NCBI GenBank assembly: GCA_021613535.1
Contig: CP075495.1
Coordinates: forward strand, 15,748,001 to 15,812,000
Source: Adineta vaga
Taxonomy: Eukaryota; Animalia; Rotifera
Direction: 5' to 3'
DNA: 64,000 nucleotides
A program made the translations under genes and the position numbers. Below the pieces are notes generated by a model. That model saw only the letters and a program-made list of their open reading frames with translations, was not told the DNA's origin and did not search any database. Positions within the stretch are counted from its first letter, which is position 1. Every line of letters begins with the position of its first letter. This document shows, in pieces, positions 52,780-64,000 of the stretch.

Positions 52780-52960
52780 TTTTGTCTAGTACCATCATCA
52801 TCATGTCCCATAGTCTTAGCTTTCTCCTCTTTCGATATCCTTTTCCTCTGATATCTTCGTTTCTGACCATGTCCTGCCAATTAATTCTTAGAATCCGTCG
52901 GTAACATTTCATTTCAAAAGCCGATAGGTTTTTTTCTGTCTGCTCCTTTTAGATTTATCG
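52780..52960 (-). mobile_element. Non-LTR retrotransposon (RTE-like) RT C-terminal fragment
   Basis: FEMKCYRRILRINWQDMVRNEDIR matches the FEM.CYRR.LRI.W.D...NE motif downstream of the RT in RTE-type LINEs. Confidence 0.75.
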
Positions 52961-54805
52961 AGTATATCTATCAGAATATCTGATGCACATAACGGATATT
53001 CATATGTTCTTGACGAATGTGTCAAAAACGCCAAAGTTTGATCGAAAAATTTTTCATAAATTAGAATCAACGTACAACTGCAGGCACTTTCTGTAGTATA
53101 ACATCGGAAAGGGAAATGTCGTATGCATCCATATTTACTTCTTTTGTTGTTGGTCAAAATTTGAACTTTCATTTTCGTCTGACATTTCTAAAACAAAAAT
53201 AAATACAAAAATATTAAATTCTATTTTCTAATTAATAGGAAATGTATTTCATGTTCAAACTTAGACAATTTTTCTTATATTTTACATTTCATTATTAATA
53301 TGATTATTATCATGTTACTCGAACACTTTTATATAGCTTTTCCTCTGTCCGTCGTGATGAGGATATAGAAGAACGAATGAAGAGAGAATGCTAGACCCCG
53401 AATGCATATCTCCAGGTCGCTTACAGGTGTGAATCAAGTTTTTGGATTTCGATTATAATACATTCTTTTGTTATGGAAGATATTATGATAAGGAATTATC
53501 CACTGGTCATACATATATATATATATATGGACTAGGTTTCTTATCTTCAGGGTTTGTACGTTTAAATAAACTTATAAAACAACAACAAATACGGATCTAA
53601 CATCTTTCTTTTGCTGTTCATAACACAATCCAAAAAAGAAATTAAGATTGTATATTAGAAGATGTTTCGTTCTTTTTACTAATAGTGAAGAGAAAAGAAA
53701 AGATATATAGACACGCTTATTTATTTATATATTTAGAACGAGAAGAAATATTCACGAAGAAACACATACTAATCGTTTATCGATGATAAAAATGGATGAA
53801 TTCACTATAGTCTCATTTTTATTCTATCAATGGTGCATCTTGTATTTATTGAAAAGAATTCGTATATGGATGCAATAGAACCTTAAAGAAAACAACTGTA
53901 CAGAATTTCTATCGTATAATATGAACCTACATCAGTGACAGAACGAAAAAGTGATTAGTTAGTGAGTGTTATTTTGTCGATTCTAAATGAATATACTGAT
54001 TGAAACAAAATAGTATCTCAACAAAGTCGAGATTATAATTTAAGGTGCGAAACTGTTTGTTGAAATAATTTCAGTTGATTTGAACAGATGTGAATTGTTT
54101 ATTTGAATGGAATCAGTTTGTTTCGAACTATTGGTTGCAACTTTAGAAAGTAAAAGAAATATTCATAGATTTTGTTATATTCTCGACTGAAGGAAAAATC
54201 ATACGACATAAAACAAGTCTCCTTGTAAACTGATTAAAGGTAAAAATAACATGTCACTGAACAAGATCAGTAAAGCAATAGTTAAACTTAACCTCGAAAA
54301 CTTCTAGCCTATGCACTTCTGTCATCGTCAAGGCTTGCAGATACAAATTTGATCCAAAGGTTTCTGAGACTCGACGAATCTCAATCTATTATTAAATTTT
54401 TGGCAACTCTTGTCTGCTCGAGTACTTAATTTGATGTTTCATTGTAATATCAGATTATAATTAAGACATTTATCAACTGTATAAGACTTAAAATCAATTC
54501 AATTCATATAGAAAATCTTTTTATCATCAACATATGTTTTTGAAATGAAAATTGATTATTAGCGCCCTCTATTAACAATTAGTAGAAAAGAATATTTCAA
54601 AATAAATATTTGTTTATTTGAAAAGAATTTTAATCAGAGAAAATGATTATTATTTTTCATTAAAAATGAAAATATCGAATTAAATTCTAGTTGTTAAGCA
54701 ACGTAACTAAGTTGTTAGATGTAAATGATACATAAACATAACAAAAACAGATGAATATTCATTTTTCGAACAAAGAAAAAGAAAGTCGACCATTGAAAAA
54801 TAGAA

Positions 54806-55435
54806 ATGACACATACAATTCATCGAGCAGTTAATCATCGTGATCCATTATCTTATCCACGTCTTGAAAATGAAGAAACATTTACTGGTCGTGTAGGAAA
54901 ACAAAAAATTCCATTTCAAGCAGGAGAATCCCATATAGCTCAACGCGATGAACCATGGAATCGATTATATTCAACAGCAACACTTTCATCTGGTCGACAT
55001 GAAATTTATACACATGATCCAAAAGCTCCTTTAGATTCATTAGATTTTCTTCTTAAAACTCAATATGATCAACATGGAGAAACATTTGCAGGAAAAGCTC
55101 GAACACGTGTTCAATTAGAAACTATTTCAGATGATCATGGGTATAACTATATTAAGACGTAGATTAATTTAGTTTTATATATGATTTCTTTTAGTCGTAT
55201 ATTAAAAAATCGAGTTGTTTATAAAGCTCCAGTTCAAAATGAATTAAATCATCCATTACGTATTGCTGAAAGTGGACGAAAAGAACATATATCAGAACCA
55301 AAACAAGCTATACGTAAATATCTTCATTTTATAATAAAACTAATGATAGATTTCTTTCTTTTAGAGAGTAATCATACAATGTTAACTAATCGTGGTTATG
55401 CTCGAAATCATCTTGGATCATATTTTGTTGCCTAA
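54806..55435 (+). CDS. CFAP276: Cilia-associated microtubule inner protein CFAP276 (C1orf194-like), 3 exons
   Basis: RDP..YPRLEN, PWNRLYSTATLSS, DPKAPLDSLDF.L...YD.H...F, C-terminal H...TNRGYARN.LG.YF. Confidence 0.8.
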
Positions 55436-55569
55436 TAATTATTCCTTCCATTTTATATTTTCAAATGATTGATAAAGACTTTTATTCGATTTTTTTCTAT
55501 TTAACCAAAGAAAAATTTATTTACAGAATTTATTTTTATCTTCTTCAATAAATTATTCTGATTATTTAT

Positions 55570-56330
55570 AAATTTCTCTGACATTGAATTTCCAAACTAG
55601 AGATAAAAGGATCAATCTACTATCACCGCAGAAGAGAAAAGATGAATTTTAAAAAGATATATAAAAAATGATATTAGTTTGCTTTTAATAAGGCAAAAAT
55701 ATTTGTATTCGAATAATTTTTTTTATCGAATATAATTAACATAAAAAACAAAAGAAATGAAATATTTTTTTGTTTTACTTATATCGATAGACTATAGATA
55801 GTTTCTCACTTCTAAACTTCGAATTTTTCGTCTCTTTTACGTTTAAATCAATACACTTTCTCATGGAACAAAGAACTACTGCACCAAATGCCATCGACGA
55901 ATATTCTGAAACCGTAAATATCCATGTAAATTCTAATTTTTTAATTGAATTGAATTTTTTTATTTAATAAAACAAATTGTACGGCTCGTTGTGGATATAC
56001 GGGAGCAAGAAGGTATTATTGAAAGTATTAAAAGCAAAAGGAAGAACTTAAAGACGAAATGGATCTCGATCTGCATGAATTGGAACTTGAATGGCGTAAA
56101 TCGGAAATTCAATCCATGCGTACAAAAGTCGAATACTTAAGATATCTTTCACGAAAAGTGGACGAACTTCGTAAGCTGATTAAATTTTCTAAATAATATA
56201 TTGTGCAATTCTTTTCTTTTGAAAGTGCTCAACAAGAAATCGTGAAAATGAACAACAATATCAACTGAATTGAGACAATTTATTTTTGTTGAAAAGAAGA
56301 ATAAAAAATTAAACAAAAACAAAAATTCAT
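55570..56330 (+). pseudogene. Small coiled-coil gene copy 1 within a duplicated ~0.8-kb segment
   Basis: IVRLVVD..EQE../LHELELEWRK....V.YLRYLSRKVDELR; damaged splice acceptor and frameshift. Paralogous to 57790-58680. Confidence 0.5.
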
Positions 56331-57433
56331 TTTCATTTTTATAATCATACGAATTTTTGATAAAAATCAATATTACTTTTCAATTCAATCTTAACGAGAC
56401 AGACTGCTAAACTTCTTATGAAACAAACCATTACAAAAAAAAAACTCTTGTATTAGTTCTACAGCTAGTAGAACATGTAGTATGACATATGGATATTTTC
56501 TTAAGAATCAAATCAATAATATAACTTAAACGAATGACTATGCTTGTTATATTTAATCTCTTTACTTATTTATTTTCCTATAAATTCATATTTCTTTTGC
56601 TTCACCTTTTTCTTTCCTGAAAGAAAAATATATATTTGTCTTATTTTTTGAAAATGGGTGATCTTGTTTGATCTTCAAATTGGCTTTCTAAATATATTTC
56701 AGGTAAGACATCTGAGAACGAGAAAATATTTTATAATTTTCAACGATTCAGATATAAAGGTTAGAGTTTATTAGTTCTTTTTTATTGATAGAAAATTGAA
56801 TATATATATAATCATAAGTAATTGATAAATATTTTGTTAGTAATATAAATTACGAAAGAGAACGTGTGTCATACTTGAATGAGCGACATGAATTGATGTA
56901 CAACTGAAATAGATTGTTGACCATAACTGACATTGATTTTGCTTACAGTTAGATTATCTGATACGAAAAAAACCAACTGTCAATTAAGTTCTATTAATAT
57001 GTACTGAGTGGAACGTCAAAGGAATTGGATGGTTTGTTGATATAGAGGTAAACAGATTTTTCTTGTATATCTTTGTGCGAGTACTACTTGTTGTTCACAT
57101 TTAGAATTGGTTTTTCAGTCATCGAGCTGTTGAACGGGAAATTCAAGAGCGACTTAGTGTGGCACGAAAAGCTGCTGCTTAATCAAATAAAATATGTCGT
57201 TTTTTGTTAATGAAGAAATCTTTTGTATTCTCAATAAAATCGATATGAAAATGTCAACTAATTGAATAAAACATTTGTTTTCGAAGCACTTGTGAGAAAT
57301 TTCGATCGATTTTTCATGATATCTTTTATTATATCAAAAAAGAATCGTAGCGTGATGTTTTTATAAATAAATAAGAGGGTGCGAGTATTATACTCACTTC
57401 TTACATTTTTATTCAAACTTTTATGGGATACTA

Positions 57434-57739
57434 TTATTTAGTTGTGATCTTTTTCAATTGAAAACCTTCATAATTATTTGCTGCAACATGATCACATTTT
57501 TGTCTATAAGGAACAATACCACCAGCATATGGCATAAAAATTCGTGGTTTTCTTGGAACATTTGCACCTAGATACCACGAATTAGCTGTATTAACTAATG
57601 TCTCATTGGCGATAGCATTCACTTGATTTATCCAAGCATCTTCAGCTTCATTTGTAGCTTCAATAGTATCAATTTGATGTTTTCGTAGATAATTAAGACA
57701 TTCTGTAATCCAATCAAGATGTTGTTCAATAGAAGAACT
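57434..57739 (-). pseudogene. Orphan C-terminal fragment of a Baeyer-Villiger (cyclohexanone/phenylacetone) monooxygenase
   Basis: SIEQHLDWITECL.YL......IEAT.EAEDAW...VN..A..TL...ANSWYLGANVP.KPRIFMPY.GG...YRQKCD.VAA..YEGF. Upstream part replaced by the duplicated segment. Confidence 0.85.
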
Positions 57740-57789
57740 TTTTATCAATATGAATATTGCGTTTTGGTTTGAATATATGATCTTCCATT

Positions 57790-58680
57790 TAGTTGAGGAA
57801 ATATTTCGGTTACATGTAGTTTCTAAAGTAGAGATAAAAGGATCAAATACTATCATCAAAAGAAAAAAGATGAATTTCAAAATATTTATGAAACATGAAA
57901 GTAGTTACGGTTTAATAAGGAAAAAAAATATTTGTATTAGAATAATTTTTTCATCTAGTATAATTAACGTATAAAACTTATAATTTTATTGTTTATATCG
58001 ATACATCTTTCGACTCTCGCCATCGAATGATAGAAAGAAAATAACCGATACAATTCTGTTGGATAACACAAATATTTACTTTTCGTTCAAAATCGTAGTT
58101 GAATAATTTATCGATACGAATATAAAAAATACTTTACAGATAAGAAGAATTAATCGATAGATTAGATACGTTTTGCACTCTTACAATCTTTCAATAATTC
58201 TTCATAAAATTGTTTCATTCTTTACTAAATAGACTTTTTTCTTTCAGATATTAAAAATCATCGCAGAAAACTCGGGTGACTTTTCTGATTTATTAAATTG
58301 AATTTGATGTTTTTTTGTTATTGAATAGATTGTTCGATTGGTGGTCGATCGTCTTGAACAAGAGGATATTCTAAAAGTTATTACACAAAAAAAAACAAGA
58401 AATGATGAACGAAATCGATTTAACACTTCATGAGCTTGAGGTTGATTGGAGAAAACTCAAAGTTGATGCACTGAACGCGGAGATCAATTATCTCCGTTAT
58501 TTATCACAAAAAATAGATGCACTTCGTAAGTTAGTCGAATTTCTTGAGAAATAAAACGTGAAAGTTGTTTTTTGTTTAGGGTCGGAACATGAAATAATTA
58601 AACCGCAACAACAAAATATTAACTGAACATTTTGAAATGTTTCAATAATAAAGAAGAAGAAAAATAAAATTTTATTTCTA
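57790..58680 (+). pseudogene. Small coiled-coil gene copy 2 in the duplicated segment
   Basis: IVRLVVDRLEQEDILKVITQKK/QEMMNEIDLTLHELEVDWRKLK..INYLRYLSQKIDALR; frameshift in an A9 run. Upstream DNA TAGAGATAAAAGGATCAA.TACTATCA is shared with ~55600. Confidence 0.5.
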
Positions 58681-59281
58681 TTTTGATCACACAATAAAAC
58701 CTCTCTAATATTAACACTGTTGGAATCTAGAGAAAGCGTTGAGTATAACGAAGTGATCATAATAGAGGACGTCAATATGGAAAATTACGTAAAATGATTA
58801 TTTGATTTGATTTGTCTGGTCTTTCTTTCAATATTCTGACACTCTAAGAACTTCTAATTAAATTCAAGTTAAATATCATATTTAAATCGCTTTTTACATA
58901 GGTTTTTAAAAACCATGAATAGGCTTTTGCTTCAAAAGATTTCGATTTAAATATACATCAACAAGTTTGGAATGAAATTGTATAAAAGATGGATTTAAAT
59001 CATTTTTCGCTTTAGTTTCTTTTATTGTGGTTACATTCATAATCATTAACATATTCGCGTTTTCGTTTAAAAATATTTGATAAAGAGTCACGCGAAACAT
59101 GAAATTTTTCTCTCAGCTCTCTGTACGACAAACTACGTTCATTCTCTTTAATTAAATTCACAATTTGCACTAACGCAATATCATCTCATGATGCCATCTT
59201 GAGGGTGTGTGGAAGGTGCGGCGGGGTAGCAGCAATTTCAGGGCGTGCGAAGGGGTAGAAGTATTTTGAATGTATACGTAG

Positions 59282-60181
59282 CAGAGATGAGCACGGTTGG
59301 GTTGGGTTATGTTTTTACCTAAATTAAACCTATTGAATATGCGCTATAGTCGGATAAATAAGAAATTGAGCATTGCGCAAATTTTACAAATAGCAATCTT
59401 AATTTATGTTTAATTGTTTTGCTTCTTTGTGTTACTAGAATGCGAAATAAATAAGTTGCCGATGCACTTAATGTAGAACAATCACTTAATAAGTTGTCGT
59501 AAGTTTTCTGTGGTGGTATATCATGAAAAATTTACAAGGATTTCGGCCGTGTTTTTCCGGTTTCGACGTTTTAGAATCAAAAGACGTTTTTGGGAAAAGA
59601 TTTGATTTAAAAGCAGAAGAATGATGCAATCGTCTTGTCTATCGAGTCGAAAAAAGAAGTATTTAGCCACACAGATATTTTATCATGCATGTAGTAATAA
59701 AAACCCTAATTTTTGAAATTGTTAAATAATCAGAATGATACTTTTGATACGTTCTTCAAACATTTTCCTCCGGCCGATCTTGGCATGTATCGACCCTTCT
59801 GATGCCGGGGTCTTTCAATGTGAGAATGGATTGGTTCCAAGTTCTTCAATCAAAACTATGTCGTTCTTATTAATGTTTATCTCTGTAAAATATTCTTTAG
59901 AACTGGAAATCTTATTGAAAAAGCATTGGATAGTAGTTAATATAAAACATGAAAAAAATGATATTTGCTAATCTTTTTGTGTTCTCTCTAAAAAAACCTA
60001 CCATAGTGTAGATTGATGTAAATTTAGTTTAAATATAAATGAAACAGATAAAAATCATTTAAAAAAAGATGAGCGAACTCAGAGACTGATTGCATAGCTA
60101 TAGCAATCCGAAACGAAATCGATTAACTATCTTTTTCGGTTCGGTTTAAATTTAAAAAAACTCAAATCATGCCCATCTCTC
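59282..60181. mobile_element. Degenerate hAT DNA transposon (~900 bp)
   Basis: TIR CAGAGATGAGCA / TGCCCATCTCT; subterminal GGTT/CGGTT repeats; decayed 8-bp TSD ATACGTAG vs ATGCGGAT. Confidence 0.65.
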
Positions 60182-60211
60182 ATGCGGATGGAGCGGCCGG
60201 GTATCCGCTAG
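60182..60211 (+). mobile_element. Probable Helitron 3' terminus (GC hairpin + CTAG|T)
   Basis: GCGGAT-GGAGCGGCCGGGT-ATCCGC then TAG|T. The G-rich sequence at 59199-59281 may be the part displaced by the hAT insertion. Confidence 0.4.
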
Positions 60212-60459
60212 TTAAAGGGTGTGCAAATGGTGCGCCGAGAGTTCGCAGAACCGTCAGGGTACGGAGATGTGGTAGTATCTTGACAGTGTGAGCAGATAGC
60301 AGCTAATTGACATTGTGTAGAGGGTACGGGTGTGACTATGTTTCTGTAAAAGCTCTCCGCATTGAGGCGCCTAATAACTGAATAATTCAATAGTTGCGTA
60401 ACTGAATAGTTGAATATTTGAATTCAACTTTCAAGTATGACACTACTGAAATTATATAA

Positions 60460-60870
60460 ATCCAATGATGTTTCTTCTTTTGCTTTTGTACTTGATTCTC
60501 TTGTACTAAAAAAAAGAACACCTTTATTGATATTCATTTCTATACAAACTAACCGTTGTTGTTGTTGTTGTTGTTCTGATTGTTGTTGTCGATATGATTG
60601 ATATTGTTGTTGAAAAGGTGTTGTAAAATCATAAGTAAATTGTGAAGCATTTGAAGTATAATTTTGCCATTGTTGTTGATTAACTCTTTATCGATAATTT
60701 TTAGCATAAAGACCAACAAGTGGTGCAACAATACACGCAATTAGAATTGATACTTTAAATGAAAGAAGTGAAGTAAGTGCAAGAGCAATTGATGGATTAA
60801 CCATTGATCCTACAATAACAATTGCTGTTAATGCTAATAGATAAAATCCAACTAAAGTTGCAAAAGACTC
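60460..60870 (-). pseudogene. Fragment of a TM protein with Gln-rich tail; in-frame stop
   Basis: SFATLVGFYLLALTAIVIVGSMVNPSIALALTSLL...YR*RVNQQQWQ...QQQQQR; (CAA)n tract. Confidence 0.4.
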
Positions 60871-61964
60871 ATAGAAATAAATAATAAAAAAACAAATTTA
60901 TTTTCGTTTGATAAACATCATTGAAGGGAGATGAAAGTGTGTTTTAACGTTATGTATAGTACGTAGATATCCATGTTTAAATTTTTTGGAAAATAAATAT
61001 AAAATATATGTCACATATGAAATCAATATTCTTCAATTCTTTCTCTTAATAAATAAAAACTATGAAATAGACAAAGATTCATATAAAAAATTTATTCTTC
61101 CTAATCTTACATTATAATTATATTGAAAAATTTAATCAGCAATGCGAATATTCACTATATATATAGTTGGATTTAGTCAATTGTTCGACATTTTTTTTTA
61201 AGTTCTTGGAATCGCTTCTATAAATTTAATATTTTTGTTTTATTATTCATCATAATATAAAATGCTTAATTTAACTTCATTATTCTTATTTCAATTCTAA
61301 ATTCATATATGCTACAAATGAAATGAAAAATGGACTATAAAATCAGATAGATTTAAAAAGAATTCAACTGCAGAATTGTCTTTGCCATACTTACTTCCTT
61401 CAATTTAAACTAATCTATTTTTTATTCCCGGTTTGCAAACAATGCTTGATAGTTTTTATTTTTTCTACTTATCTTCTTTTCGTATATGAAATATATATTT
61501 TCTGTTTTAGTTAATTCGTTTATCAAATATGAATGATCGATATTTAATTTAAAAACTAAATAATTTCTTATAAATTACTTATTGTTATTTCAAATATTTT
61601 TTTATCAATTTCCATTTATAATTTATTCGATAAAATACTTTTTATTAGGTTAAATCGATAAATTATGAATAGTTTATTTATGTTTTGTTTTCATTGTCTT
61701 TATGGAATAAAATTTAATTTAAATGAATCCAGAAGATCAATCGATAACATCAGAAAATGTTTTGAAAATTGTATTTAATTATTTTGAAAAAAAAGAATTT
61801 TTATTTCTTTTTTTTTCTGTGTTAGATAGATTAAATATGAATGTTCAAAACAAAATTTATTTCAAATAGAAAAAGTTTAATTTAATTCCATTTTATTAAT
61901 ATGTCTTATCGAAACATTTCTCTTTTTATCTTCGTTTTTTTAATAAATGAAATCGTATCAAAGT

Positions 61965-64000
61965 TTAATGAATAGAAGGTTTTGTAATTACTTCCATATT
62001 GTTATTTTGTGTTTTTTTATTATAACATTGACGAAGAGTACGAATTAACGGCAAAATAACGAGTCTAAATAGAAGAAAACTCATACCGAATAATTCGATA
62101 ATAAGTGTACAAAATAATAATGTATGAAAAGCAAGTTCTGCTCGACGAACAATTGGTTGTTGAGTATTTTGAAGATAAAAAGGTTGTTCACTTAAAGTAA
62201 TTGATATTATAGTACGTTTAGATATATATCGTAGATAATACCCATCTTGTTCATAAATTGATTTGTCTGAAAAAAAATTTTCAGCAAATGTTGGTGCCCA
62301 TCGTCCATTGTAATATGTTTTACTCCCTATTTTCAATGGTTTAGTCTCATTAATAACTTTAATTAATACCATATGTAATGTTGTCATACGTGCTAATGTT
62401 TCATTTGGTGTAAAGAACAATTTACACATATCGAGTGTTTCTAATCTATGTACACCCTCAATAAAACCTGGACTACGTAGACATAATCGCATTCCACCAA
62501 TGAAATAAGATCCAGTAATATTGAGTTGCACATTTGTACGATGTTCTAGTAATGAAAAGGTGACAGATAGTGTAGCATTATCTAATTGACGTATACAGGA
62601 TGTGACTGGCAATAGTAGATAGTTGATTCCAGGTCTATTTTGTTGAACAGTAATATCCGAACAATTAGCTGCTGTATTTAATAAATCTACAGTTATTATA
62701 AAAGGTTGATTATCTAGCATGTTAAAAATGGCCCATTGATTACCATCAGGATTAGGTAATGGTAATTGTAATGCACTTTCAAATACTGCATTACGTATTG
62801 TACTATCACATGAAATATGGGATACATCAGATATTTCAATTGGATAAAGTTTTAAAAAATTAGTTGCGAACCAAATAGTAAAAGCAAAAACAACAGCAAT
62901 AGCAAATGAAAATAAACCACCAACCCATCGTTCACCTTCGTTTACTATGTCTATTCTTTTTAAAAATTGTTTTGCTTTAGTTCGACGAGAATGTGCCTTA
63001 GGACTAGTGCACACTTGTAATAATGCCATAAGCAACCAAATTATACCACATAAAATAATAACAATTGTTGTCCAAAATATCGGTGAAATAACAAGACAAC
63101 GCTTTGTATAATTCATATTGAAAATGTTCTGAACGAGAAGATCATCATAATTATTCATATCAGGTGAATTAGGATACGAAAATGTTTGTGTATATGATGG
63201 ATAATTATCGAATGACACGTCACCCACGGATCCGAGAGGACAGAAAGAGTTATTATTACACGGTTCACACACAGTATATGTTTGATTTCCTGTGTTTTTC
63301 GTTTGTGGAGGACATATAGTACATGATCCAAAACCAGATACATTCTTAAATGTACCTGGAGTACACATAACTGATTCCAAAACAAAAAGTAGTCCCTTTT
63401 CTTCAGTATTATGTGTAGAAACATAACCAGCTGGTTGTGAAGGAACTACTAATACAGATATGTCATCCGTAACTATGACCAAATTTCCAGAAAAAAATAA
63501 TATCTGCAGAAATAGAGGTGATGGAATATATTTAAAATTTTGTTGATTATTAGGAAAAATAAATAGAGGTATTTGAAACGATTTGTCAACATCGAATATC
63601 CATACTTCTGATTGAGACCATGGTCGGTTAGGAACTATCAGAACTACAACAGCAACCGTTGTATCGTTGATCCAAACTACAGATCGACCAAAACCGGTAC
63701 AGTGCATTGGACCGACTTCATTACGTACTATATTGAGATTCCAGTCGTCTGGATTCGGAAGAGTAGCATTTATTTTCAGCAGAACGACCGTATTGGCGAC
63801 TGGTAAACCGATAATCGCCAGATGACGTCTATGATTTACAGCCACTGATATATCATTATTACGGTTATAAAAAAATGCTTGAGCGGTAACGAATAGTGTA
63901 CTATGAAGAGTTATTCCATTTAAAAAATCCATCGACCCCAACAACAGGAGTTTTGCTGCATAAGTTGAATAATATGGCATTTTGGGTGCAATGTAAAGTC
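61965..64000 (-). CDS. Large membrane protein with Cys-rich ephrin-receptor-like (GCC2/GCC3) module and 3 TM helices; 5' end probably outside the window
   Basis: Single open frame of 671 aa or more that stays open to the window edge. GFGRSVVW, CTPGTFKN.SG..SC..CP..T......C..C....FCPLGS; three hydrophobic segments. Confidence 0.8.
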   Translation of the reverse strand, partial: LYIAPKMPYYSTYAAKLLLLGSMDFLNGITLHSTLFVTAQAFFYNRNNDISVAVNHRRHLAIIGLPVANTVVLLKINATLPNPDDWNLNIVRNEVGPMHCTGFGRSVVWINDTTVAVVVLIVPNRPWSQSEVWIFDVDKSFQIPLFIFPNNQQNFKYIPSPLFLQILFFSGNLVIVTDDISVLVVPSQPAGYVSTHNTEEKGLLFVLESVMCTPGTFKNVSGFGSCTICPPQTKNTGNQTYTVCEPCNNNSFCPLGSVGDVSFDNYPSYTQTFSYPNSPDMNNYDDLLVQNIFNMNYTKRCLVISPIFWTTIVIILCGIIWLLMALLQVCTSPKAHSRRTKAKQFLKRIDIVNEGERWVGGLFSFAIAVVFAFTIWFATNFLKLYPIEISDVSHISCDSTIRNAVFESALQLPLPNPDGNQWAIFNMLDNQPFIITVDLLNTAANCSDITVQQNRPGINYLLLPVTSCIRQLDNATLSVTFSLLEHRTNVQLNITGSYFIGGMRLCLRSPGFIEGVHRLETLDMCKLFFTPNETLARMTTLHMVLIKVINETKPLKIGSKTYYNGRWAPTFAENFFSDKSIYEQDGYYLRYISKRTIISITLSEQPFYLQNTQQPIVRRAELAFHTLLFCTLIIELFGMSFLLFRLVILPLIRTLRQCYNKKTQNNNMEVITKPSIH

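Noticed and set aside
57740-57880. Apparent signal peptide fused to the BVMO fragment
   Set aside because: Most of it derives from the antisense of the duplicated non-coding segment, so the open frame is likely fortuitous.
1-64000. CRISPR array, rRNA, tRNA genes or a prokaryotic operon
   Set aside because: No regularly spaced repeats or RNA gene structures seen, and the genes have spliceosomal introns. The only tRNA-like sequence is the PBS.

Overview
This is AT-rich eukaryotic DNA with many ~50-60 bp GT-AG introns. The gene content points to a bdelloid rotifer (Rotaria/Adineta-like; inferred): expanded F-box/LRR genes, a peptide GPCR, bacterial-type inserts and small DNA transposons. Apparently intact genes are ACSL3/4, WDR75, a mucin-stalk D10C/D8C membrane protein, a GT31 galactosyltransferase, PPP4R1, a Ly6-like GPI protein, three F-box genes, RASSF9/10-like, a class A GPCR, CFAP276 and a large Cys-rich TM protein. 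Between them lie many truncated gene copies and transposon relics (Helitron/Helentron-type elements, hAT, CACTG and TA-flanked MITEs, an RTE-like LINE piece). Three features stand out. (1) An LTR-retrotransposon relic at 25167-26055 has INVERTED LTRs, and its left PBS looks like an exact 18-nt tRNA copy. (2) A solo HicB-like (bacterial antitoxin fold) gene lies at 10778-11065. (3) A 2.8-kb mosaic cassette between 47-bp direct repeats (33501-36382) carries a PD-(D/E)xK nuclease-like ORF plus FG-GAP and CCDC89 fragments. All family calls come from manual motif recognition, with no database search.
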